Of a stretch of DNA of 64,000 nt, positions 1 to 12,256 are shown in pieces. Location of the stretch: the NCBI RefSeq assembly GCF_006345805.1, contig NC_043023.1:18414001-18478000 (forward strand), in the 5' to 3' direction. Within the stretch, counting starts at the first letter, position 1, and every line of letters starts with the position of its first letter. Under the pieces are notes generated by a model. That model worked only from the letters and a program-made list of their open reading frames with translations, ran no database searches and was not told the DNA's origin. Origin of the DNA: Octopus sinensis. Taxonomy: Eukaryota. Both the position numbers and the translations under genes were made by a program.

Positions 1-450
1 GTTCATATAGTAACACGGAGAGAAGAGAAAAAGGCGAGATAAAACTAGTAAAAATGACTGGATAATCCCAGATTCCGGATTTCTGACTTTGCATTTAGGA
101 ATGGTTTGCCTCACCAGTGGAATATACACAGAGTGAAATATATATATATATATACAACATACGAATACTTACATATACGAACGTATATGTATATGTATGT
201 ATACGTTCGTATATGTAAGTATTTGTATGTTGTATTTGTATGTATATATATATATATATGTATTTAAACACATAAGAGATGACCATAATAGGATATCTGA
301 CACACTAGAAAGAGCAGTTAAACTCCAAACCACTAATAGTTGTAATTCTGAAAGGGAAAGAGAAATAAAAATGTTTACCCTATCTTTCCTGGACTATGCA
401 TAGTTTCGACAACTAATTACAACTATTAGTAGTTTGGAGTTTAATTGCTT

Positions 451-687
451 TTTACTCTTTTACTTGTTCCAGTCATTTGACTGCGGCCATGCTGGAGCAC
501 CGCTTTTAATCGAGCAACTCGACCCAGGGAATTATTCTTTGTAAGCCCAGTACTTATTCTATCGGTCTCTTTTGCCGAACCGGTAAGAAACGGGGACATA
601 AACACACCAGCATTGGTTGTCAAGCGATGTTGGGGGGACAAACACAGACATACAAACATACACGCACACACACACACATATATACAT

Positions 688-739
<52 letters not shown>

Positions 740-890
740 GACGGGCTTCTTTCGGTTTCCGTCTACCAAATCCACTCACAAGGCTTTGGTCGTCCTGAGG
801 CTATAGTAGAAAACACCTGCCCAAGGTGCCACGCAGTGGGACTGAACCCGGAACCATGTGGTTGGTAAACAAGCTACTTACCACACAGCC
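451..890 (-). mobile_element. tRNA-derived octopus-type SINE (family 1)
   Basis: Reverse complement of ggctgtgtggtaagtagcttg...ggttccgggttcagtccc...gactgaaacaagtaaaagag, matching the copies at 56107 and 57474. Confidence 0.9.
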
Positions 891-913
891 GTCTGAATTT
901 ATTGATTTTAAAT

Positions 914-1147
914 TTAAAGCTTTTCATGAACAATATACGCACGCCTGTCCTGTTTCCCTAATATTCCGCCATCACCATTATAAACTATTAAGCAGGTATA
1001 TATATTCTGTACATGAAAGACAGGGTGGTTTATCTGTTTATATGCATCACTGACTCCGTATCTGTTCCCTTGAATTCACCTTATACCTACTTTCCACCCC
1101 TCCAACTCGATCCTCGGTACATGTTTCGGAGTGTAGGATCCAATCAT
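914..1147 (-). CDS. Tentative downstream exons (1080-1147 and 914-1006)
   Basis: Phase-1 acceptor gives (N)DWILHSETCTEDRVGGVESRYK|gtgaat, then a 73-nt intron and NIYTCLIVYNGDGGILGKQDRRAYIVHEKL*. Phase-compatible with the LRRCT exon, but the acceptor is weak and no domain is recognised. Confidence 0.2.
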
Positions 1148-1249
1148 CTGAACGTTGTTGAAACTTTTTTATGTTGAGAATCTTCTGATCTCATTTGTAA
1201 ACGCTATATACATTCTTTTATTCTTTTATAGATTTGTACGTGTGTGTGT

Positions 1250-1293
<44 letters not shown>

Positions 1294-1802
1294 GTGCAGG
1301 AAAAGATAGTGAGGGAGAGAAAATAAACGGCTACTCACAGCTCTAGATATGTTAACACCCGAACTTTTATATTCATTGAACTTCTTCAATGTAGAATTGA
1401 AAATCAGATAAAATACAAAAGAATTGGTCCAACCTATGGAAAAATATAGAAACGGAAGTGAATGATTCCTTTCGTAAATGAGAGTCTTGTGATAGATATC
1501 ACGAAGATATAAATATGATTATCAATATGATAACAGTGAAGTGGGTTTCGTTGAGATGGAGGAGGCTGACAAACACATGAGCAGTACACGATTACATTTG
1601 TTTTGTTGATGAGAGCAAAAAAGAGCAAAAAAGAGCAAAAAATAGCAAAAAATAGCAAAAAAGAGTTCAGAATGGTTTGGGAAATGAGTATTTGAACATC
1701 TCATACAATTTCCCTCTCATTCGCGATTTTTGATTCTAAAAATATTTTGGTAACTCTCTACTCATGGCGCAGGAGTGGCTGTGTGGTAAGTAGCTTGCTA
1801 AC

Positions 1803-4150
1803 GCACATGCGCAATTAGTCAGTTGCTTCCTGTTCAGCCAGAGTGGACGCGAGTCAATCAGCTCCGTCCAATTAAAGAAAAAAGACCAAAAACGGAAAGT
1901 TGTCGAGGTAAGTGATTTTGTTTATTGTGAGTTGGGCATAATTTATTGCGTGCCAATTATTATTTCAGTAAGTTGTGTCCAACTCTGAGACAATTTCGCC
2001 GTTTTTGTGTTCATTGAAAAAAAAAGTGATTTTGTTTATTGTGAGTTGGGCATAATTTATTGCGTGCCAATTATTATTTCAGTAAGTTGTGTCCAACTCT
2101 GAGACAATTTCGCCGTTTTTGTGTTCATTGAAAAAAAAAGAAAAAACAGTGGAGGGGCGTATCCTCAGAATTCAATACAGTTACTGTTAAAATTACCGTT
2201 GGCGGTAGCCAGTGCTGTGTTTGGGTTTGTTGAATTTATTCCCTTGTCAGAGTACTTCGCAAGAAAATTATAAAAATAAGCCACTATTGGATTACCTTTC
2301 GGACCCATTTTTGTGGAGGTTGTGTTGCAGTTGCGGCGTTCCAGGTTCAACCCAGGCCGGGAGTACCGCAAGGCCAGAATATTTTTGTTGTGTTTTTCTG
2401 TTTATTAACTTTCTTTTGAACTTCATTTAACCCCCCCTTTTGTTTTTTTTCTTTATTGCGACTTTCCGTTGATTTCTTCCCTTCTGTTTAGCTTTCTCCT
2501 TTTTGTTTTTTCAAAAATCTATCAAATTTTATTTGGACTTTTGAACTTTTTTCTTCCTGCTTTTGAGTTTAATTTGAATATATTTAAAAAAAAACATGGC
2601 AATGAAAAATAACAAAATTTTGGAGTGGGAAATCATACCACCTAAAAAGTGGTTAAAAGACCGTGAAGATGGGACGGTGGTGTTGAGAACCTACTCCAAG
2701 GCACTTGACACCATCGCCCTATTCGAAAAGACGGCAATTGAAAAGGAGTTGGAAGAGTATTTGCCAACAATTAAATTCATTTCCAGGGGTGTCAAATATG
2801 CAACGGTGTGGTTGCTATTTGACACCCCTGAAGAGGCTTGCAAATTTGCTAGCAAACTCCTGGAGGGTAAGGAAATCTTATTCCTGCCCACGTACAAAAA
2901 AAAGAAATTGATGAAAGCTTGGATTTGCGGACTGCCACCCGACATAGAACCCGAGTGGATAGAGGAGACTATCCGCCGGGGTCTGGGTGACAGCGAAACT
3001 AAGCTCCTCAATGTAAAAGTTCTTCCTACGGCTGCTTGGGTAGGGTCAAAAGCAATTTTGACCCTGTGGACCCAATCAGCCAATCTGGTTCTTCCAGATT
3101 TTTTGAAAATGGCCGGGTGCAGGTACCCGGTGATGCTTGAGGGTCGCTCCCCTAAGTGTCATCGGTGCTTGGAGTCCGGCCACATAAAGAAGAACTGTCC
3201 TCGGGAACAAAATAGGATCCCGGAACAGTTAAGTAAAACCCCTCTAGAAGAGGGAACGATAACGGCCGAGAAAGCAGAGGACTCCTCAAACAGAGGCCGA
3301 AAGAGGAAGGTGAGCAACAATGGGTGCTCACCAAAGGATAAAAGGGATGAGGAGAGGAAGGCGAATCTTCCAGCCACGGAGGAGACGCACCCTCCCTCAG
3401 GTGAAAAGGGAAAAAAAGAAAAAGAGGAAGAAAAACGGGACATTACCGGCTGTCAGTGTAGCACCGGAATGTCCCGGAACTACGTCGGTTGGGGTTGTGC
3501 CACCGACAAGAGAAGGAATACCGTTGGCGGAAACTGTGCCGCCAACGAAAGAATTGAACGTATTGGTCCTCTTCTATAGAGGAGGGGAAATTGAAAAAGT
3601 GATGGAAGAGCACTACAAGGGAGCACCTTTAGCCTTCACACAGGACCCCGAATGGCCTCCGCAGGTAGCTGTGGAGGCCGTGGCGTTCGACGTGACGCTT
3701 GGGCTAAAGGAGCTCAATGAAGATTATAACTTGGTCCCGGGCGACGCGAACTCGGAATTTGACTACGTTCTGAGGGAGGCGTGGTTGATGGTGGAGGGCG
3801 CGGGCACAAGCTATTTCGAGGACGATATGTAATTATTAAACTGTTATTATTAGTAATGGACTTAAGTCCAAAAATTGAAAACTTGTAAGAGGATTAATAC
3901 CTCGTTTTGTATTAATAATGGACTGCTAAGTCCAAAAATTGGAAAAATTGTAAGAGGTTTAATACCTCGTTTTGTGTTTATCTTTAAAAAGAACAATGTT
4001 TTAGAGAAGCGAAAGTCGGCGGGCGCTTTTTGTCTTCTCCCATCCTTATCATCTTTCTTTCATTATCATTCACCTCATTAATGTCCTCGTCCAGCCCGCA
4101 AAGCTAACTTAATCTGTGTACTGCCTTCATGGGAAATGTTTTGAAATAAA
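1803..4150 (+). mobile_element. L1/Tx1-type non-LTR element carrying ORF1 only, apparently inserted into a SINE
   Basis: About 790-nt 5' region with a ~115-bp tandem duplication, a gag-like ORF1, and a 3' region ending in AATAAA (4145-4150). No endonuclease or RT. Flanked by a SINE head (1766-1802) and a SINE body (4151 on). Confidence 0.7.
2596..3832 (+). CDS. ORF1 (gag-like, CCHC zinc knuckle) split by one frameshift near 3409-3436
   Basis: ORF 2596-3579 contains GRSPKCHRCLESGHIKKNCP (CX2CX4HX4C). ORF 3320-3832 continues in another frame across an A-rich tract. Confidence 0.8.
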
Positions 4151-4291
4151 GTAGCTTGATTACCAACCATATGGTTCCGGGTTCAGTCCCACTGCGTGGC
4201 ACCTTGGGCAAGTGTTTTCTACTATAGCCTTGGGCCGACCAATGCCTTGTGAGTGGATTTGATAGACGGAAACTGAAAGAAGCCCGTCGTA

Positions 4292-4331
<40 letters not shown>

Positions 4332-4560
4332 TGTGTGTTTGTGTTTCTGTGTTTGTCCCCCTGGCATTGCTTGACAACCGATGCTGGTGTGTTTATGTCC
4401 CCGTCACTTAGCTGTTCGGCAAAAGAGACCGATAGAATAAGTACTAGGCTTACAAAGACTAAGTCCTGGGATCGATTTGCTCGACTAAAAGGCGGTGCTC
4501 CAGCATGGCCGCAGTCAAATGACTGAAACAAGTTAAAGAGTAAAGAGAGAGTAAAGAGTA
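4151..4560 (+). mobile_element. SINE family 1 body (head at 1766-1802)
   Basis: gtagcttgattaccaaccatatggttccgggttcagtccc...aagttaaagagtaaagag. Confidence 0.9.
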
Positions 4561-5002
4561 TGTACCTAATATTCAAATCTCAACACATACCCCAAGCCCA
4601 CACAAATACCAGCACCTAATCCCACCAGCATATCTTTTGTTGTGTTGCAGCCGTCACTATTATATTAAGGACAAGGAACATGACTCTTTATAAAGCCCTT
4701 GACAATTTTGCCTCCCATGACTTCGTCTCGCCTTTTTTCCCCAACATCCACAACCCAGATATATTTTCCACTTCTAGCGACAGAGAGTGTTACCATATTT
4801 GTTTCCATACTTAACAGCACTGAAGAGTACAAGACATTAATTGGTCACACTGGTATCTAACATCCAGTTACATAATCCCCAGTGTGAAACCGATTGTTAA
4901 AATCGGGTAAAATGTATCTACAATACTTGATTCATAATTGTACGAATGCAGCTTTTATAAGCATAGCCGAAAGACTTTCCAAGCTATTGTCGCTTCAAAT
5001 TA

Positions 5003-5089
<87 letters not shown>

Positions 5090-5349
5090 AATATATTATA
5101 TACATATAATCATAATGGTATTCATTTTCCGATTTGAAATGACAATATCTTGCAAAGTCACACACGCAGAGACATATATATATATTTCGTTTTGGGAATT
5201 GGTTTGCAAGATTGTTTATATGAGTTCGTGTGTTGAAGCATATTCTATTGTGTCTTTTAGTGCAAGACGCAACGAAAATTTTAGAAAATAAAAATAAGGA
5301 ATAACTGGAAATTTTACCGGTGAATATGTTAACTAATAAGGTACTAACA

Positions 5350-5422
<73 letters not shown>

Positions 5423-6384
5423 TATATACATACAGTTTCTTCTGATCACCCCATAAGCCCGCAAGTATCTGGTATGCGTAGCCTTCAATTGGTATCGCTT
5501 TTGTTTGCAAGATATTTGAATATAATTTGCATATAGGTAAATGAACTTGACGAACGTGAAAGGAAGTGTTTTGCTGAGGAACGAAACGCCTGCCTGGCAA
5601 TCGAAATCATGATATTTTGATCGTGAGATAACGTAACCAACAGGCCTGCTGCCTTCACTCAGAGTTCAATCAACTGTAAACGGTCAACCTTGAAACGCTC
5701 TGGCCTTCCGGTCAAGGAAAATTTTGACTGACCCGCCAAGCAATTCGGGTGGCGTCATTCGAAAACTTCTACAATATGTGGAAGAACATTGCATATTACC
5801 CAGCATTCATGAGAGAATGTGATGGTAAGCACGAAAACCAAATTTAAGGTATCAAGTTTAACTTTTCTGCAAACATCGATTTTGAGGATGGAATGCCAAG
5901 AAATGTGCTGTGTTTTGGTAGAGTCACTATACCAAAACACACGCATTGTTTCTATTTCATTTTATTATCCGATTATTGGTTAGCAATTTATCCAATTATT
6001 TAATCGCCTGTTTGGCTCATCATTCGTTTCATGAATCAGTCAGTCATGGTCCTTTTGTCGCCAACGCAACCACTTCAATGATATCCATGTTCTACTTCAA
6101 ATCAGCTACAAGTCCGTCCGTCTCTTAAATTTTTGGTTATATATTTATGTATTTCTGTAGATATGTGAATGGGAATGTACGCGTGAGTGTGGAAGTGTGA
6201 AAGACACCGTAAGAAAAAGAAAGAGAGAGCGAACAGGTGTATGTGTATGTCTGTGTACCGATGCATGTTTGTATGGTATAATTAATTCTGTGTGTTCGTG
6301 CATTAGACAAACAACATAAGTTTGCGCATGCCTATGTGTTATTGTGAATGCACATACGTTGATGTATGTGTATGGCGATGTTTG

Positions 6385-6672
6385 TTCCTTCACGAGCCAT
6401 GCCTGGCTCATAAGGGCCGGTTTCCCGGTTTCCTTGGCATATAAGTTTCCCACCTGGACGGGAAGCCGGTCCATCGCAGGTGAGCTGCAAGATGCAGGAG
6501 GAAAGAGTGAGAGGAAGTTGTGGAGAAAGAGTCACCAGAAGTTCGCCATTACCATCTGCCAGAGCCGTGTGGAGATTAGGTGTTTCGCTCATAAACACAC
6601 ACATCGCCCGGTCTGAGATTCGAACCCGCGATCCCTCGACCGCGAGTTCGCTGCTCAAACCACTAGGCCAGT
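6385..6672 (-). mobile_element. tRNA-derived SINE (family 2 variant)
   Basis: Minus strand has ggcctagtggtttgagcagcgaactcgcggtcgagggatcgcgggttcgaatctc, a tRNA-like head with box B. Confidence 0.75.
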
Positions 6673-7016
6673 GTGAAAAGTGTGGACGGTAAAACGATTA
6701 TTTTTTATATATCTATTGTTCTTGTTTCATACGACATTATAATGCGAACAAGAGAGAATATTCTGGAATGTTCTTATTGACAATAAGCCGCAAGGTCTGA
6801 AATTTTGGGAGAGGATAATAATCGATTACATCGACCTCTGTGTTCAACTGATACTTATTTATCAACACCGAAAGAATAGAATCGATCTGGAAGGCGTTTG
6901 AACTTAGACCGTAAGAATGAACAAAATGTCGCTAAGCCGACGTGCCGAAGAAAGCGCTAATTCGTCGACTTTATTAGTGGTAGTAATAAAATAACAACAA
7001 GGATGATTTTACTAAC

Positions 7017-7186
7017 TTTTACATTCGGAATATTCCAGTATCGGTATTGATTTGGTTTGGTTATTGCCAACATCTGCCTGACACTGGCCCCGGACAGTCA
7101 CCTTTCTGTTGAACGTTGTTTTCGTATAATTTACCAAGGCTGGCAGATAACATCCACACATCATACCTGTATTGTTTTTGAGGTCA
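7017..7186 (-). CDS. LRR C-terminal cap (LRRCT) exon
   Basis: ttgcag|T GAC CTC AAA AAC AAT...TGT AAA A|gttagt = xDLKNNTGMMCGCYLPALVNYTKTTFNRKVTVRGQCQADVGNNQTKSIPILEYSECK. 170 nt; starts in phase 2 (joins the LRR exons in frame) and ends in phase 1. CxC...C...C spacing fits LRRCT. Confidence 0.85.
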
Positions 7187-7419
7187 CTGCAATTATAAAC
7201 AGAACTTTAAGTGAATGTACTTTAGAGATATGGAAAAACTCCTGCGGTATTTGAGAAGAAACAAGGATAATATAATTCCAGCAACAAGATTATAGAAGTA
7301 ATGATATTCATGTTTCGTTCCAAAAGGTGTTAATAACAACAATAAAATGAAATGGTTTCTGGTGGAAATTGAAAACATATGAAGTTCTTACTATCTTTTA
7401 GCTTATGTTTTGAATAATC

Positions 7420-7757
7420 AGAGACCACCTTCGGTCACGAATGACCATGGGATTGCACCTAGAAAGTTACCCTCCCAGGCACAAGTCCGGGCAAGGTTGT
7501 TTATGGAAGACCAACAGTCGCCCATGCATACCAGCCTCCTCTCTCCACACCACTGATGTTATCCAAGGGAAAGGCAAAGGGGCCGATACAGCTTGGCACC
7601 TGTGACGTCGCAACTCATTTCTACAGCTGAGTAAACTGGAACAACATGAAATAAAGTGTCTTGCTCAAGAACACAACACCCAGCCCGGTCCAGGATTCGA
7701 ACTCACAACCTCACAGTCGTAAGTTCGACGCCCTAACCACTAAGCCATGCGCCTTCA
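7420..7757 (-). mobile_element. tRNA-derived SINE (family 3)
   Basis: Minus strand has gaaggcgcatggcttagtggttagggcgtcgaac...gagttcgaatcctggaccggg head and a conserved body. Confidence 0.8.
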
Positions 7758-8014
7758 CTTTTGAATAATAAAGCCCCTTTAAGGAAGGAGAAGCTCCCTT
7801 TATATCATACATTACAGAAGATTTGATGCTAGAAATTCGGTGGTAGCGATTTGGCGCAGCTGTCATTGAGCAACAATGTGTTAGACGGATTGTTTTGGTA
7901 CACAGAAACTTTTGGTGCTGAGGAATTTTTGTTTGCAGCTTATATAACACTTGGTCTTAAAGTTCAATATGAGCCAATTCAGAAGCTGAATAAGTACAGA
8001 GTTTATGCGTTATA

Positions 8015-8543
8015 CAGGGTGGACCAAAATGATCTGACACGTTTGGAGGCTTAATAAAAGCACAAAATAAGAAATAATGAAAAAAAAATCATTTTCTGAA
8101 TCTACATATAATGCCATTTTATTTAATTAAGTTTTTAAAAATAAATTAGCTAAATGCATCCCATCATTGTCAACACACTGTTAGAGACGTTCATGAAAGT
8201 CATCGATAAATCTATGGATCATTTCTTCTGGAATGGTGAAATGTGATTTCTTCTTGTGGTGATATTTAAAATCAAAAGTATTCAGTCATCACCCTCGAGC
8301 TATTGATGAATTAAAACGTGCAATTTATGTAGAAATAGCAACCATTCCAGAAGAAATGATCCAAAAAGTTATCGATAACTTTCACGGACGTCTCCAACAG
8401 TGTTGACAATGACGGGAAGCATTTAGCTAATTTAATTTTTAAAAACTTAATGAAATAAAATTCAGAAAATAAAATTCTTTTCATTATTTCTTATTTTGTA
8501 CTTTTATTAAGCCTCCAAATGTGTCAGATCATTTTGGTCCACC

Positions 8544-8546
<3 letters not shown>
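8015..8546. mobile_element. Non-autonomous Tc1/mariner fold-back element with TA flanks
   Basis: TA|CAGGGTGGACCAAAATGATCTGACAC... terminal inverted repeats (TIRs) at both ends. The interior carries transposase C-terminal remnant IDELKRAIYVEIATIPEEMIQKVIDNFHGRLQQC in both orientations. Confidence 0.9.
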
Positions 8547-8621
<75 letters not shown>

Positions 8622-8982
8622 GTATGTATATATATGTATATAATAAATAAAATATATATCCCTCTGCAAAAGAATTTTATTTAATTCTTTTGCAGGAAGG
8701 ATTGCTTCGACCGGTTCGTGTTCTGTCCTTACCTTCGAAACACGCATTGAGTCGAACCAGGGACAGCTGATGAAGGGGAATATTCCTTGTATTGTTTGTA
8801 TTGTACTCTGTTTTTTCGTTGTTAAGAAAGTCCGTTTCCTAGGTTGTTTTATATATATGCATGTATATATACATGTTGATGTAGGTACGTTCATATATGT
8901 ATGTATGCATATTTTTTATTTATTAAATTATTATATGACTGAGCGCCATCACATCGTTTCGTTTCTTTTCTCCAAGTACGTT

Positions 8983-9015
<33 letters not shown>

Positions 9016-9052
9016 TATATAGAGGGTACTTTTATTCATAGGTACCACACGC

Positions 9053-9116
<64 letters not shown>

Positions 9117-9318
9117 GGAATGCTCATAATTATAGAGTGAAAACGAATTGATATATGTTATTCGATAAATCATTTTGAGTATTTTCATTCGGTTTTTAGG
9201 ACACATAATGATCATTTTTCGTAGAGTTTATATATCATGTAATCAGAGATAAACTATTTCATCTTCATTTCAATAAATGTTCATATTTCTGCATGCCTTT
9301 TGGTCTGTGTGTTTGTGC

Positions 9319-9356
<38 letters not shown>

Positions 9357-10039
9357 GTAACATCAAGTTCAATTGATGAGAAATTGAATGGAACAAATTT
9401 GTGATATACTATCACATATTAGACTAAATAATTGAACGACGGAAAAAAAGAAGAAAGTGGATTATCGGTGAAGGTGATAAGCATAAAGATAACGATGAAG
9501 CAAGGAGAGAGAAAAAGTTGGTACCAATGATGTTATAATGATGAAGATGGCGGTGAAGAAGTTAATGGTAATTATTCTGATAATGACGTTCATTAGTACG
9601 TTTATCTTTATGATGATTATGATATTGAGGATGACTGTTGGCCATGATAGTGATGGGGAAGATATTTGAAGTGGATTATAGCAATGAATGATATTGAAGA
9701 TGATGATGATAATGAATGTGACGATGTGGACAGAGACCGATAGAATAAGTCCTAGTGTCGATTTTCTCGACTAAAGGCAGTACTCCAGTATGGCCACAGG
9801 GAAATGAGTGAAACAAATAAAGAATAAAAGAATAAAAGAAATTCAAGAATAGCTTTCAAATGCAAGGAACATTTTCCTTTTTTCTGCCTGTCTCTGTCTC
9901 TCTTTTTTACTCTTGTGGGTTATAGGCAGTTAGCAGCAGCTAGTTCGTTATGAATTATTTTCTTTGATTGTTTAAGCAGTAGTAGTATTGACGAAGAAGA
10001 AGAATGATGGGGGGCTATGACAGTTGTAGAATGTTGATG

Positions 10040-11630
10040 GAATCTTCGTAAATGGTCATGTACCTAAAAGTGACTCGTTGTGGATGATATTAGTTATTGA
10101 AATCGTTCTGAATAAATTCTTGAGAGGACGGTTTTGAATATATCGTTTTTAAAATACTTGCTTGGGTATTGTTCTACGGCCCTGGTGATAGCGTCATTTG
10201 TTGTGGATGCGTTCAAAAGAGGTTTGTATTTTGTAATAAAGAATGACTCTTCATTATTGCGCCGACTACAGATTGTATCGTCCCTGAATCGATAGAGTGG
10301 AAATATTATGAAGCTTGGTTGTTTGTTATTGGCACAAATGTCGTTGAGTTCGTTGAATGCTGTTTCTCTGATTTTCGGATTTTGATCTGGGATCTGTGCA
10401 GAGCAATCCTTTGTCATAGACTGTTTTTTGCTTGGACAATGTATTGCTCTCGACACCCAGCCCAGCTTAATACGTATATCAGGCTCTCCGAAGTACATGT
10501 GAAGTTGCTTTTCACTGTGAAACCTTGGCTTTGTTTGAAAGAGTAACTCTGATCCTTAAATTAGATCGACACATAGTTAGGCCTTCCTGTATCTTTTAAC
10601 TGACGGATTCAGTGTTGTTGTTGAGCGTATTCTGCCTTGCGTTAGGATACTTTTCATAGATTTGGGCTGACGTTTGCTTTTATGATGTGTGCGTTTCGGG
10701 GACTAAATTCGTTCTGTGGTCCCTTTTTAGTAGGGGGATGTTTTGGAGAATGGTGTCGAAGGCTTCATTGTTAAGAGGGTTGTGTGTGGAGATGTATGGT
10801 AGGGCTTTTGGCTGTTAATCTTTCATTAATTTGGGAATGTATGAGTTCGTGAATGTTGAGGTGTAGGCCACGTTGAAAGCATGTTTATGTAGTCGTGTGT
10901 CCTTGGTGCATGGAATAGAAACTATAGTACAAATCGTTTTTGCTAGGTTGAAAGGGATATTCATTCTAGTATGTCTGGGGTGGCATGAGTGGAACGGTAG
11001 GAAATGATTCAATGTAACATGTTATAAAATGCATTTATAATGAATGCACGACTCTAATTGCAAAGATGATTATTCAGCAAAATGACGTTTAATGATGTCT
11101 TCATTAAGGTCTCTGCTAACAATTCATTATTATTCTCTTAGAAACTGAAACATTACGAAATGACATCTTTCAACTGATCTATTCATTCATTTTGAGGAAT
11201 GAATGAAAATAACAAAGCTCTCGGGTATTTCATTCAATTCCAAGACAAGTAAAAGCACTTAAGATATTAAAGGATTTCAATGTGATTATGTGGAGGGGGT
11301 CACCTGCACGGCAGGCTACAGTATGTTATGGATGTACATTTCACAATATAACCGTAATACATGCGTCAATCTACTTGAAGGATCAGAGTTCTCTTTGAAA
11401 CAAAGTCAACGTTTCACAGTTGACTCTGTTTGAATGCATTCACAACAAATGACACTACCGCCTGGGCAGTAGAACAACACTCACATAAGTATTGTAAGAA
11501 CGATATATTCAAAACCGTCCCCTCAAGAATTTATTCTGAACGATTTCAATAACTAATATCATCCACAACGAGTCACTTTTAGATTACTTGACCATTTAAA
11601 ATGATTCCACCAAAATTCTGCTACTCTCAT
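10040..11630 (-). mobile_element. Penelope-like element remnant with inverted terminal piece
   Basis: 10815-11012 FLPFHSCHPRHTRMNIPFNLAKTICTIVS (RT thumb) and 10094-10498 FIIFPLY...ESFFITKYKPLLN (GIY-YIG C-terminus). 11375-11630 repeats 10040-10170 and 10520-10560 in inverted orientation. Confidence 0.85.
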
Positions 11631-11647
11631 ACCTCTCCGCATTTTTT

Positions 11648-11900
11648 TTCTTCTTCGTCTTCTTCTTCTTCTTCTTCTTCTTCTTCTTCTTCTTCTTCTT
11701 CTTCTTCTTCTTTTTCTTCTTCTTCTTCTTCATCTTTTCTTCTTCTCTTCTTCTTCTTCTTCTTCTTCTTTCTTCTTCTTCTTCTTCTTCTTCTTCTTCT
11801 TCTTCTTCTTCATCTCTTCTCTTCTTTTCTTCTTCTTCTTCTTCTTCTTCTTTCTTCTTCTTAATCTTGTTCTTCTCACTTCTTCTTTTTCTACTTCTTC
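11648..11900. repeat. (TTC)n microsatellite
   Basis: Long imperfect TTC run. Related (GAA)n runs occur at 12710-12890, 38255-38305 and 53290-53575. Confidence 0.95.
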
Positions 11901-12218
11901 CCCTTCTTCCTTCCCTTGCACTGGAAAACTATGGAAATATCTATATTTAAAAAAACAATTCATTTTTAAGTTTTCCACAATTTAATTGTTTTTTTATGCT
12001 TTAGTCTAAGTTGAAAAAGTCGCAAAGACTGAAACCAGTACTAAAAATAATTTGATGATAAAATTATTTTAGCATTTTCTACCTTGTCTTATTTTCTTAT
12101 ACAATCAAATCGTGGTCCCTTTCAACCGTCTCCACAAAAACCATATCGAATAATTCCCATTTGGTGATCTTAGATATTCTTTAATGTATGTATGTATGTA
12201 TGTATACCACACAACACA

Positions 12219-12256
<38 letters not shown>

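Noticed and set aside
5560-6130. Possible transposase fragment (KRSGLP resembling RSGRP)
   Set aside because: Too degenerate to assign by eye.
7711-7950. AANKNSSAPKVSVYQNNPSNTLLLNDSCAKSLPPNF* as a terminal exon
   Set aside because: It lies upstream of the LRRCT exon, is phase-incompatible with the LRR chain, and has a weak acceptor.
8765-8830. CTGATGAAGGGGAATATTCC as a hammerhead (also CTGATGA at 32944 and 53686)
   Set aside because: No properly placed stem II-GAAA-helix III could be built.
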